From: Iphione sp. A-MEVVRFRX5
Lineage: Eukaryota
Length of the DNA stretch: 64,000 nt
Assembly: GCA_976226885.1 (NCBI GenBank)
Contig: OZ320313.1
Coordinates: 75,702,001-75,766,000, forward strand
Direction of reading: 5' to 3'
Shown here: positions 41,701-53,700 of the stretch, in pieces
Layout: each line of letters begins with the position of its first letter
How positions within the stretch are numbered: the first letter of the stretch is position 1
The notes under the pieces: model-generated
The model's database searches: none
What the model saw: the letters and a program-made list of their open reading frames with translations, nothing else
What the model was told of the DNA's origin: nothing
Translations under genes and position numbers: made by a program

Positions 41701-43443
41701 GAGAACAAGGCGATCATTTTACCCATGCCATTAAAGAGGCGGGAACATGTGGGATCCACCTCTGGTAAGGTTTGCTCTTAAAGGTTGATGATTGATGATG
41801 GAGGAAACCCCTTAAGAGTCCGATGCCAACCCAGGCCAGCCTAGAAATGACCAGGATGGGACTCGTACTAACTATGTATAGATGCCATGGCAGACATATT
41901 CTTTTGAAAGGAATTTAATAGAAGAAGGTCAAGTGAAGGAGCGGGAGAGAAAGCGGCGAGAAGGAGAGAAGGAGGGCATGACAAGCAAGCTAATCTTGCT
42001 GCAGCACTTTGTGGACTGGGCATAGTGAATAAATCTCAATTTCCGTGACCGGAGCACCAGCCCTATGGTACTCGGGTCACACGGGACCACGGTAATCGCT
42101 ATCTGACCACAACAAAGCTCAAGATCTCATTGGGTCCTTACAGGCTAGGAGAAATGGACAGCCCAGGGATCAAATAAAGGGACATGGTACACGGAACTCT
42201 AGTGTAGCCTATTGGTAGCAGATAGGAGCATTCGTTACTGAGCACGACTGGGAGCAGCTGTTCGAGGGCTTCAACGTGATCAGAAGCAGACAGAAAGCAC
42301 TGCCTGCAGCTAGGTTGTGTGTACGGTCTACACACGATGCATTGGTTAAGGGGCAGACACTAGCCGTTGAAGACGGACCCGTATGAATAAATTCGAACTG
42401 AACCAAAAATTATTATTGAGGGACAACTGCCAAGAAACGTGAATCAGTTAGCTATTGCCTTTTCAGAAAATACTAACAAAGCATATTTCCACTTATATTT
42501 CCGCGTCCTATTGATTAGCCTCCTGGCAATAATCTGCGTCTATTACTGGTTGCTCCTCACGGGCGCTGCGTCGCGTGTGACTCACCCTTGCTGGTAGCCC
42601 TCGAGTCCATTCGAATAGTTCTCTTAAATCAAAGTGCCCGGTTGGCACTTAGGGCTACAGTCGACTGGTATAACCATCTATATCGCCCTTATAACGTTTG
42701 CCCTCTTTCATGGAGGGCACTAGACAATCTATAAGATTACAAGGAATGAGGGTTAAGGCACTCTCTCTTTAAAAGGGGGGGGGGGGTAGACTCGCACATA
42801 AAATTATGTGTATGATAGCAGTTTATGAAAGTAATGCAAGAAGTATTTATGATTTAATAGTCCCGGAACGGAGCGATGTGTTAAACATTCATATATTATC
42901 TTTTGGTTCGCTATTTTCAGGCTTTCTTTGCACTGCTTTCATTGTGCTCGTTTCATGATAAATTTCTGTTATTCACCATGTCGAATTGTGTGTGTTCGTA
43001 ATACTGTGGATCGTGTCTAAAATAGATGCTTATGTGAAAGTATGGGATATTTTGTGTCATATATCGCAATGTACATGACATAGCATATACCATTCAGACC
43101 ATTATTAACAACGTCTGTAATGTGTCTGGAGAACAATGTACTTTTACTTTGAAGCTATTTGAAAGATGGGCAATGAACAATAGTTGGATGAATGTATGAA
43201 TAGATTTATCTTTTAGAAGACAAAAGACAATCGCAGCACTCAGGCTACGAAGAAAACCTGGAGAACCAAGTGTCCCCACTGTTGAGAGGGAGGTCGTCAT
43301 CAGTGATGAGAATAAACCATGAATACTTGTGCCGGTTTCAATTACATATTACTTGTAGCAATAGGTAACCCCGACCGTCACAACTCGTATACAATAGCTG
43401 CTTAACATCTCTTACAATATTGCTGCCTGGATTTTCCCTATAT

Positions 43444-43535
43444 GTTATATTGACGGTCTACTGCACATTTATTTTAACTTTACAGGAAGGTTATATTGAC
43501 GGTCTACTACACATTTATTTTAACTTTACAGGAAG
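43444..43535. repeat. 46-bp tandem duplication
   Basis: gttatattgacggtctact(g/a)cacatttattttaactttacaggaag twice, with one mismatch. Confidence 0.95.
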
Positions 43536-44600
43536 GTTGATGCACCCATTACCCAACACCAGATAAATTCAGTCTTGCCAGCAGTGCAATGTAAAGGCTG
43601 TTCGGCCAGAGGAAAGGTTAATTGCTCTTTGGGCATATTGGAGTTCCTGCCTCATTTGACCAGCCAAACTGTTTATGTGGCCAATGTAATGTGGCTATAG
43701 TTCCGGCATAAAAAAGAAACTGATTGGGAAATTACAATTTTTCTGGTATACATCAACGTGCTCTACATAGCATAACAAGAAGTCACTCTATACTGAACAC
43801 CGAGGCTTCATACTCGCAGCACTATTCCTACCGGTGATGCCGTGGGCCGTTTGACTGGTGTTATCCTTTTGTTTGCTTGGTACTTGAGAATGTTACGTTC
43901 AGTGTAGCCGTTAGTGAGCTAGGGCAATACAGATAATGCAACATGTCCACATATGTAATATGGTCACGGTTAAATGTCTGTTTGATCGGAGGAGCTGTAC
44001 CTTTACTTCATCTTCACCACTTCGATGACTCTACAAATTTTTCAGTTGCCAATTATTATTTTCTGGGGATATGAAAGTGATCTTCCCTTACTTTATCTGT
44101 CGCTCGATCATCCCTTGACTCAGGTGAAAATCTCATATAGACCTATCCTCAAAATAGTAATAACGGTTGGGTATTATTAAGATGGGATATTTTTGACATT
44201 GCAAAAAGGTATAAGAGCTACTTTTTTACCCGGAAATGTTCTGACATCTCAAAAATAATTATGTACATCTTTAGAAATGATCTGTGAAGTGATAAAAAAG
44301 TGAACAGGAAGACATATTTCAAGTTGATTAGACCTATGTCAAAACCACACTTCAGTATAGCAGTGCACCGGAAGCGCGCCACTCTATACGACTAGCAGAC
44401 AAGAATAGCGATAGGAAATTATATTGACCACAAAATCATAATGTACCTTCCGAAATCTGTTCAATATTTTACTTCTTCGTTTAGATAATTTTCACACGAA
44501 TCCTCACCTATATAGGGACGACTCCTGCTTCCAGACGGCTCATATTTCATTGGTCGTTATTTTCCATACTTTGCTACTTTTTATGAGTTTGAACAGAGAC

Positions 44601-44653
44601 ATGGTATAGTTATACCCCCCGTCCGTGATGGTATAGTTACACCCCCGTTCGCG
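44601..44653. repeat. About 27-bp imperfect tandem duplication
   Basis: atggtatagttataccccccgtccgtg followed by atggtatagttacacccccgttcgcg. Confidence 0.85.
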
Positions 44654-45949
44654 AGGTCTTGCGTACGATAGGTCGATACTTATTGACTTCCTCGTAAAAT
44701 GTTAGAGAACATGTGAAAAGCTGAATTCCTTGCCTTTCATCTTATCACGAAAAGAAGTCTTACTCTCCTTTCTCTACCATCTATCACCAGGTACCAATTT
44801 CAGGAAAGTTGCAAACGAGATTTGTTGAGAGGAAACTAAAAAAAAAGGCATGGTCACTACTTATGACTGAACATAAAAATTATAATAACTGAGCGACCGG
44901 TAAGTGTGTGATATTTTTATGGTGGTTGGCGTTACATCACGGAAAAGTGTGATTGTTTTACTTCAGGTGCTAATGGGGATAAATGAGTACACGAGATCCT
45001 AATGACCTCCCAAGCTAAGAGCCTACATGGCCTCATTTCCTCACCATTCCCCAATCACAGTAGGGCCTCTCCGTTTTCCTCCCATTTCCGCGTTTTCCCA
45101 CAATACTAATGGCTACGAGCAACTTTTTCATGCAGTGTCCTTCCTGGCAAAGGTTTTTGACGATGGCCATTTACCAATTGGATTGCTGTTAAATGCATGT
45201 TTTCGTTCTTGTGGAATGACGTATTGGTTCCCGGCTTTCACGCGTATACACTTTCGCTCTGGTAACGAAAAAGGAAATTAAGGCTCATCCGAAAGTCATA
45301 CAAATCCATGTGGCTGTTCGCATAATACGCCTCTCACTTTCACATCCCTGTATGTAGCCTTCTTCCTCTTTGCCTCGTACATCGCTTTTCTATCTCGGTT
45401 TATTTCTTTTCACTTTCTGTGAAAGTTTCAAGCTGTTGTTCCCTTTGTCATAGAGTTGCTGATGCTGTCTTTGTCACCTTAGGTTGAACGTTGGACATAG
45501 ATGAAGTGCTGATACCCCTCGGTACCCCTTAAGTAACGAAGCATGAGCAGGGGAAGGGATACGGTCGAGGACGCGCTCGATTGATGACAGCTTCATTTAT
45601 TTTTAACACCAAATGAGTCGCGTAGGTTGCTCCTGACAGAAAGTGTAGCGAGTCTAGTCAGAAATAATGCAAACAACTCAGTGTAAGGACTGTGTTGGCC
45701 CGTAAATCATCTAATATACTACTATATTTCGCTTTGAATTTTACAGGCTATTCGCAGAAGAAGGGAACCTTAAAATTACACTCTGGCATTCCCAACGTTG
45801 CATGTCCAAATGCTGTTTTCATCGAATGGTGTTTACCAGGGAATTTCCAGACATAAGGCATGATGTGGAAAAGCATTTCATATTGTGTTTGCGTGAGAGC
45901 TATCCTGCTACGGATCAGATTCTTCCTGTGGTGTTGCTTAACGGTGGTT

Positions 45950-46330
45950 CACACATCATGTCTCATTCTCACGGAAACGTTGCGTGACCGGCTTGCAGTT
46001 CACTGCACTCCATTGGTCTAGTACCCTACTCAAGAACTGGTGCAAATGTTTCAGTCACGCACTTCAATCTATCAGCCAACAACATCTCTTATTTCTTCTA
46101 TCTCTATCATTCGGCATGTACCGACTAAAGACAAACGTCCCGCCATCCTGGTGTTCTCTCTTCTTGTCATGCTATGATCCCCTGGAGTAATCGGATATGA
46201 CCGGCGCTGGAGGCCTTTGTCTGGTGAATTCCATCGTCTTCCTCATTCATCAGGATGTCGTATAGAGAAATTATTCTGCACATCCAATATTGATTTAAAA
46301 ACTATTGGCACTGTCATAATTGATGGGTTA
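45950..46330 (-). mobile_element. Possible highly decayed LINE APE-endonuclease remnant
   Basis: The minus strand reads PGDHSMTRRE, then after a frameshift DGGTFVF (46127-46194). This resembles the PGY...R.DR..GGGV motif. It is a single motif only. Confidence 0.3.
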
Positions 46331-48365
46331 CGCCTATGGTCTGGTTTGGAGAATGCACTTCATGGTCTAATGCAGATAAGGAACATATTTCATACAATCG
46401 ATGTATATGGATATTTCATATCGGTAGAGGCAGATGCAAGTTGGTTTCGTTCATTCTCGTCTGATATTTACAGTCACTTACCAGCAAAACAGAGTACTCT
46501 AATTTGTCATTGTTGCTATCGATAAGCAACAGGTCTTTCACCAAGCCAGTGAAAGGAAAGGAGGTCGAACAGTAAAGCCTTCCCCCACGAAGTCAATTGC
46601 TGCGGCGTAGATCAATAAATCTATTGCCTTAAGGTAGCGATGTGTCAGACCAGCTAGAACTGCGGTGCCTAACAGACCACGCTGAGCTGATCGATCCATT
46701 CTTGCTTCAGCGCCAGGAGGTGAGAGTAATGGGATGCAATGCTTGTCTGTGGGATCCCACGGAAATTAAATGGTAGAACGTGCGTGCATCTAATGTAACA
46801 TTTGCCTGATTTAATCCGACGTTTTGTGAAACAGAGATCCTTCGGTATGTTTTATGAACGTGTATTGAAATTCGAATGTCTTGTAGAAAATGTTTAACCA
46901 TTACAGAAGAAATGCAACTGTACTTACATTATTAATTGTAGACATTTGATCTCTGCTCTAAGCTCTCATTAGTTTTCTTCATCGTGCAGATGGCTGCCTA
47001 TGTTCGCAGCTTCTAATATGGCTTTAACACTGGCTTTTGCTTGAGTGCTTCCCAGGCAGTAACGTAGGTTTACACTTTTGGATTTTCATCTTGAGCAGGA
47101 ATGACCAGGGTGGTTCAAGGTCGGCCGCGGCCATTTCTGGCCACCCCCTAGCTTTACCAAGGGCCACGGGGGCACCACGACTGCGTGCTGAGATGAATGT
47201 TTGCTTCATCGAATCTGTTACCTTTTTGATTCTTGCAGACATGATGTCGACTTTCCTCTCTCCTCACTGAAAAATCAATCTTATTCATCTATGCAATTTG
47301 GTTGGATAGACGACCCGATGTTACGATATATACAGAGAGATATTCGTTTTCCGCGACGGTTTACATAGGAGGTCGCCACTATAAGAAAGCAACATGAAAA
47401 AGATTAAATACAAGTGTGATATATCAGACTATCCAAATGTTACAAGTTGTCTGATCTGACAGATTTCCCTTTTCTTCTCTTTTGTGTCTCCCAATACGCG
47501 TGGTTTTGTTGTAAATCTCCCATTTTGAAGAAGATTTCCTCACTAGCATATAATAGAGAAAACACTCGTCTTCAGTCGTGAAACATATCTCCAGTTTATT
47601 GATTACACTACCTATTAAAAACGTCTCCTGAATGTAGTCCATCCCCATGAAGTCTCATCTCATGGAAAAGTGAATTCAGGAAAGTACACTATTTATTTTA
47701 TTGAAGCATACTTAAGGATAATATATTAAGAAAAATGAATATCTATCCATATTTTGAGCATAAAAAGGCATTATTATTTGTTGTTAATGGGGAAAACTGC
47801 ACTACTTTTTCAGTTGGGGTTGGGATATTGACCTACTTTGTAAAGGGAGCATCAACATGACCTAATTCTCCCTGTCATACCACTCATGTGGACTTAGCAG
47901 CAGGACATACCACCAAAGGCACTTGTTTTTACTTAAAAGAATCCCTTCTTTCATTGAAACGACTGGCACACTATAAGTTACTGACAGTGACACGACATAT
48001 TCCACTGCACAGATAACTGTGCTTTGCAATGCCCCCTATAAACTTCGGATATAACGGGACTAAGACATTCAGCATTAGCTATAAAGATGACAAGGAGACT
48101 GGAAATCATTAAACCTGTAATATTTCTTGTAGTTACATCAAGCACCTGATATTAACCTTACATTGAACATGCTTATATTATTACAGTTGATGTAATGTTG
48201 TAAGTATAGTGTAAGGAAACAGAAAGTTCATTGCTTTGTCAGTTATAGCACATTTGCCTATAAGAAGCATGTTCTGAAATAGCATCATTTATTTTGCAAA
48301 AGAGTAACCATATGAAGTAAATGTACTTCCATAGAGGTATGCTTAAATCCACTAAAGATTGATTT

Positions 48366-48539
48366 ATAAATCCTTTAACCCGGACACCCTATAATGAGGA
48401 CATCTTACATTATGGACAACGAAGGGACAGAACCAAACATGCAAATCCATGTCTAAATACTTTTGCTATTCCGCTCATATTATTTTATGGACAGTTTTTC
48501 ATCAGTCCTTTTGCTGTCCACATTAGAGAGATTCCTCTG
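48366..48539. mobile_element. pogo/Tc1-type MITE with one intact and one eroded end
   Basis: The right end reads TA-CAGAGGAATCTCTCTAATGTGGACA on the minus strand (TA at 48540-48541). Repeated (a/t)ggaca motifs occur at the left. The terminus is similar to the element at 48697. Confidence 0.55.
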
Positions 48540-48921
48540 TAAGTATATTATAAAGAAATGAATTGCATAAGCAATACATTACTTCAGGTCCCATGATGGA
48601 TACTGATCAACTTCTATGCTATTGATGTGGTGTACATAGTTTCTGCTTGGAAACTGATTCATGGTTTTCTTTTACAGATAGAAAATATAGAAGATACAGA
48701 GGAACCTCGTCAACTGGAGCCCCATTATTCCTATTGTCGCATCAACCATAATGATTTGAAATTACCGATTGTTTTTCTATAAAAATTGTACTAGTTAATC
48801 GAAGACTCACATTCCATGTCCATACAAAATTTCGCTGCATTTTAGAGCATTTATCATAGTAAGTGCACACAGTTAACTGGACTAGAGAGAACAAATGAAG
48901 CATCAAAGATGCATGAAATGG

Positions 48922-49083
48922 TTACATAAGAGTGACATGTGGCTGCTGACCTCCTAAAGGAAAAGACAACATAGCACAGAGTGACTAACATAGGTTCAAA
49001 GTCAAATACAGACGCACGAAACGATTACATAAGAGTGACACGTGGTGGTGACCTCCTAAAGGAAGAGACAACATAGCACAGAG
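48922..49083. repeat. Two about 60-bp direct repeats inside the pogo-like element
   Basis: ttacataagagtgaca.gtgg..gctgacctcctaaagga..agacaacatagcacagag at 48922-48981 and 49025-49083. Confidence 0.92.
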
Positions 49084-49104
49084 AACAAAGAAATGATGCA
49101 TTCT

Positions 49105-49269
49105 CCATGAAATTTGCCATTTTTTGTCACTTTCTCCTTGAAATTTGCCATTTTTTGACACTTTCTTCGTGGAATGTGCCTCAATTTCCATGAATTTTGC
49201 CATTTTCAGTCACTTTCTCCTTGAAATTTGCCGTTTTTGACACTTTCTCCATGGAATATGCCTCAATCT
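49105..49269. repeat. Higher-order minisatellite (31+31+21 bp) x2 inside the pogo-like element
   Basis: Units cc(a/t)tgaa.tttgcc.tttt..g.cactttct at 49105, 49136, 49188 and 49219, with 21-bp spacers at 49167 and 49249. Confidence 0.9.
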
Positions 49270-50421
49270 CCATGACATCTGCTGTTTTCCCCACCAGGAG
49301 ATACATGGGAAGCCTTTAAAATCAATATAGATCGATAACCAATAATATAATTCAATATCGATTAGGTTCCCATACTTTACTATTTTGACAGTTTTCCCCT
49401 CCAGGAGATGCATGAGTAGCTGTTTCGTACTCGTATTATTTGCCATCCGTACAAAATATTGATTTCCTGTGATGCTCCAGTTAACGAGGTTCCTCTGTAA
49501 TTCTATTTTTCAAGAAAAAGCAAGTGTTTTGTATGTTTGCTCTAAGTGTATTGGAAAATAATTGTAAAAGAACGAGGAATTCATGGTACATAGGTGGTAG
49601 TAGATTATTTCCTGTATAACTGTGCATTGTTTTGGTCAGGTAATTTGTTTTGTCAGAAATGAGTCAGAGAAAGTCAGGACATTGCGAAAGGCCTAATCTG
49701 TAACAACTCTTAGAAAGAGCAAGTGAGCAAGAAAGAAATCACACATTTTATTGGCTATCAGGGGGTAGTTACTACGACTTTTGTGCTTCATTCAACCTAG
49801 ATCCTTTGTAAATATTAAATAACTCTATGAAACCATACTAAGGGGTTGTACTTTAGGATATCTGATTTCCCTATCTTATTTTCTACTTTCTATGAATCAT
49901 AGTTATGAAAGAATGTCTACGCCAATATATTATTATAAACCAGTTACACGTTCTCGTTTTAAACTTACAGTGGCGACACGCCATGGCTGTATTGTGCTCT
50001 GCCATGTATTTTGGCAAAACGAAACTCAAGGAAGACTGCAAGATGAAGTGAAATATATCAGGCTTATCTGCAGGATGAGAGAATCCTATTTGATCATAAC
50101 TTCTAGACCACATGCTTTAATACACTAAAGTAACGTAAACACTTTAAGAAGCTATAATTACTTGGTCCTTCTACTCAAAGCTTACGCAATCGTCACTGAC
50201 GGCTGGCAAGCCAGGCTCATCAAGTAGTAACACTTTATATAATGTGGTGCGTCCCTAGCGTGAACGAAATAAAGCAGGAAGTTTTAAGGCGTTAGGGATA
50301 CGCAATGCCAGTATAATCATCTACCAGACAGTAATATTCTTAACCGAAAAAAGGACAAAACTTTAACGGGAAGAATAGCACACATTCAACGGTACAACAA
50401 TAATGTTCCAGGTTTTGATAA

Positions 50422-50702
50422 GGCCTAAACAAAAAATACTTGTGTTTCCGGTAACCCGACCGACACTATATTAGACTCTAGTGTGACTTTTTATTTTTTT
50501 CTTGTTTTTTGAATAACTTTGGCATGAATAATGATAGAGACATGTTCTATACACCAAATTGTTCCTTAGATTACTGGCTTTCATTTGTTTTCAGCATCCT
50601 CTTACACTGAAAAAAAAAGAAAAATAAAAAAAAATGTCACCTACCGACCGACCCTGTATTTTTTCACCTTGTTGCTTGAAACATAGAACTTCTTTTTAGG
50701 TC
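50422..50702. mobile_element. PIF/Harbinger-type MITE (281 bp)
   Basis: TAA on both sides (50419-50421 and 50703-50705). Imperfect TIRs GGCCTAAAcaaaaaatacttgtgtttc versus GACCTAAAaagaagttctatgtttc. Internal ccgaccgac at 50456 and 50644. A TAA target duplication is typical of PIF/Harbinger. Confidence 0.7.
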
Positions 50703-53700
50703 TAATTGATTTCGGGAAGGAATTAACGACTCACTCCTTATAATATTTTAGCACATTGAGAGTGCTGGAATTACCTCTCTTTATGCAGAATACGTGTATT
50801 AAACCATATGAATGTACATGCACAGATCTCCAATCGAAAATCAGCTAGGCGTCCAAAAAAAGCTGAACGAAAGTAACTCAGACAAAAAGTTCCTTTCACT
50901 GAGTTTGTTTGCTGCGCCTGGTGAAAGATTTATCTGGGAACGCAGATAAGACACATCTTCACCAGTATCTGGTGAGCAGGCGCAATCGGTAACCCGACAG
51001 TTTAAGCCTCTTGTACATCGCGTGTCAGAAGCCAAAATGCCTCTGGTCGTAGAACAGACACCAAGGGCCCCTCAATATTTTCCCCCTCAGGCTCGCCTGG
51101 AGCTACAAGTGGACAGTACCGACATCAGACGGCACTCTGTTTGCCTTGGCTGTACGCACCACTGGCCATAGAGCCATCTGCCACTAATCTGGCAGTGTAT
51201 TGGTACTGAGCAGCGAAGCAACAGTGCACAATCAGCGCCTGAAGTCGACAGCTTAAAATTTACAGCCAAACCAGACAAGGTTGTCAATGGGGGGAAAAAG
51301 CTTCTCCTGATCGGACACTAAGACGCCCCCTGGTGACGAGCAGTGCTGAGGAATCGCTTTGCGCACCGTTGACGGATAATGGGAACAGTATCGTGGCGTG
51401 TCGGGATGCACTGCCAGGCAAGAATGGCCGCTGGGTCGCGGTGTGAAGCAACTACGGCGATCCAATGCTGTTTTTGGCGTAATGAGGTCGACTGGGGTCA
51501 GTGCATGGGACGCCACCTGCCGTCGTGAGTCAGCTCTTTTGTTTGAAGGACTGATAAGAAATACCTAGGCATGCACGACGAATGACACGGCCCGAGGTGA
51601 AAAAAACATTGCCATGGCAACGCACGCAGTGGAAGCACTATTCGTCCCGGCACGTTCTTTCATCAGTTGAGTGATTTGTTTCCCTACGCGATAAACCGCC
51701 TCATCCAACGCCCAAATGACTGGACAGTGGCATAATTTCTGCGATTTGTATCCACTAGTGCTTTCATAATATTCAAGCCAATATTCCCGGGTTGATATCA
51801 CCTCCTGTCGAAAGTAGGTCCCTCGGAACACCACCAATCCAGACGTATGACAGTCCACTTAATATATAGCACAGAGCACTCCATAGTTCTTTATCAGATA
51901 TACATTTAGAATACTATGACGTAACGAGGATGGATTTTCACACTGATATTGCGATGCACTATAAATGTGTCTTTTATCATGTTTGTAGCTCTCTTTTTTA
52001 CAACCACCAAATCTAGACGCTTCAGCATATCGCCAGAGCTGTGGTGACAATACACCGAACCAGTAATGCCATTGCACAAGCCATCACGCAGTCAGTATAG
52101 ACTGCAGTGTGGATAAAATGACCTGCCAACGACCCCAGCCATCTCCGGAAGTCAGCCAACCAGAGGCCAGTAATGGCAAGATCTAGATTTGGGCTCTGGT
52201 TGCCGCTCCACACCTTCCATACGTACTGCCAGATGTGCCAAATGGGGATTTCCCTCAGGCGCTACATGCTTTTTAGAACCATGGCTATTTTAGTGTTAGC
52301 AGAGCTATGAGACGGACCTCTCCACAGGGCAGCAATGTCCTCCGTGCGTGCAACCTTTGCTTGCTGAGAATATCCACATGGAAGATAATCTAGCGCTATC
52401 ATATAAGTGATGATCTCGATTATGTCATGGCGAGTAACCTACAATATTAATTATCCGGTCCCCATGTGTATGATTAATCCCAGCTAAATGTCACTAAATG
52501 TCAGGGATGGTCATGTCTGATTTCTCTGGAGTAGAAGCAGGACGAGTCATTATGTGTTCCTCAATCTATCTACTGCTTAACATGATGTTTGTGAAAATGG
52601 TCGGTTCGTGGACTTCCTTAGTGAACGAATAGTTTGATTTAAAATAATTCTCTGTAGATACATGAATTATTTGCAGTTCTTAATGTGATCATACATGAGG
52701 CCGTAGTGCTAATTAACTGCTCGTTATTTATTTAAACTGCTTGCACAGGTTACACATCTCAGTAATACCTTTATGAAGATTAGATTCATGGATATTATGT
52801 TGGCGTTATATTACGTCCACTCTATATGTCCGTGTTATATATTCGTACTCATTAAAGAAAGGTGGTCCATGGTCTCAGATGCGAAGGGCTAATTCAAACT
52901 GCCGTGCCTCTGCTTTTTCTTATTCGTCATGGGCCCTAGTTAATTCAGTGGACTGTGAGGAGCATCCCTTGGGATAGCTGCCGATGATAAAGAGAGAACA
53001 GCAATATATTTCGACAGCTGAAATAGGCAAGTTTACACAACATTATTGGAAACTACCGTCGCACGTTCATCACTCGCACCAAATATTAGGGTAACATCAT
53101 GTCCTTGAAATACGGTGCACAGCTGCACAGAGATGTGCACACAGAGATGTGTACATATCAATATTCGAGCTGAAGCAGTCACCAAACTATAGCAGTTTCA
53201 GTTATGGTCCGTATGGCGATGTCTTAATGTATAGGATATTGCCGGCAACATCCGACATACACTCTTGCAATGATAAATTTTTGCTCGCCCATCATCCAGG
53301 TTCACTTCGGCAACATATATACCGGCCTTGCAAGTCAGTCTATTCAACACCCCCGGGAGGCCCTCCCCACAAAGTATATTCTTTAGAGACTATATGCAAT
53401 TAGCAATCAGCTATGGCCATCGCGTCATTACAGATTTTCACCAAGTAAAATTACATTGGTACCTATTTTCGGCGCGGGTGTTTTTGTATTGTCGTTGGAA
53501 ACAAGCGACAGGGACAACAGATTTCCCTTGCGAAGCATGCGAAACAGAAATACTTCGGGGACGGGTCCATTGTGCTTGCGGGCGGTAACTATTTTCTACA
53601 ATCGTGTCTTCGTCCGGCAAGGCTCCATGTGTTGTGCGACTGCAATTAGTTCCATCGTCTCCTTTGGTGCCAGCGACGCTTGCTAATCGTTGACAAATCC

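Larger units (their letters stand above)
48697..49497 (-). mobile_element. Internally deleted pogo/Tigger-like DNA transposon (801 bp)
   Basis: 24-bp TIRs CAGAGGAACCTCGT(C/T)AACTGGAGC (48697-48720 and 49474-49497, one mismatch) with TA on both sides. The internal minus-strand peptide KYGNLIDIELYYWLSIYIDFKGFPCIS resembles the CENP-B-type HTH of pogo transposases. Confidence 0.85.

Noticed and set aside
42240-42281. Run of 14 G/C-ending codons (EHDWEQLFEGFNVI)
   Set aside because: Such a run is expected about once or twice by chance over six frames; splice sites are weak and there is no known motif.
53530-53588. CEAC...HCAC, ZZ-zinc-finger-like
   Set aside because: Cys spacing is wrong, a stop codon follows immediately, and there is no exon context.
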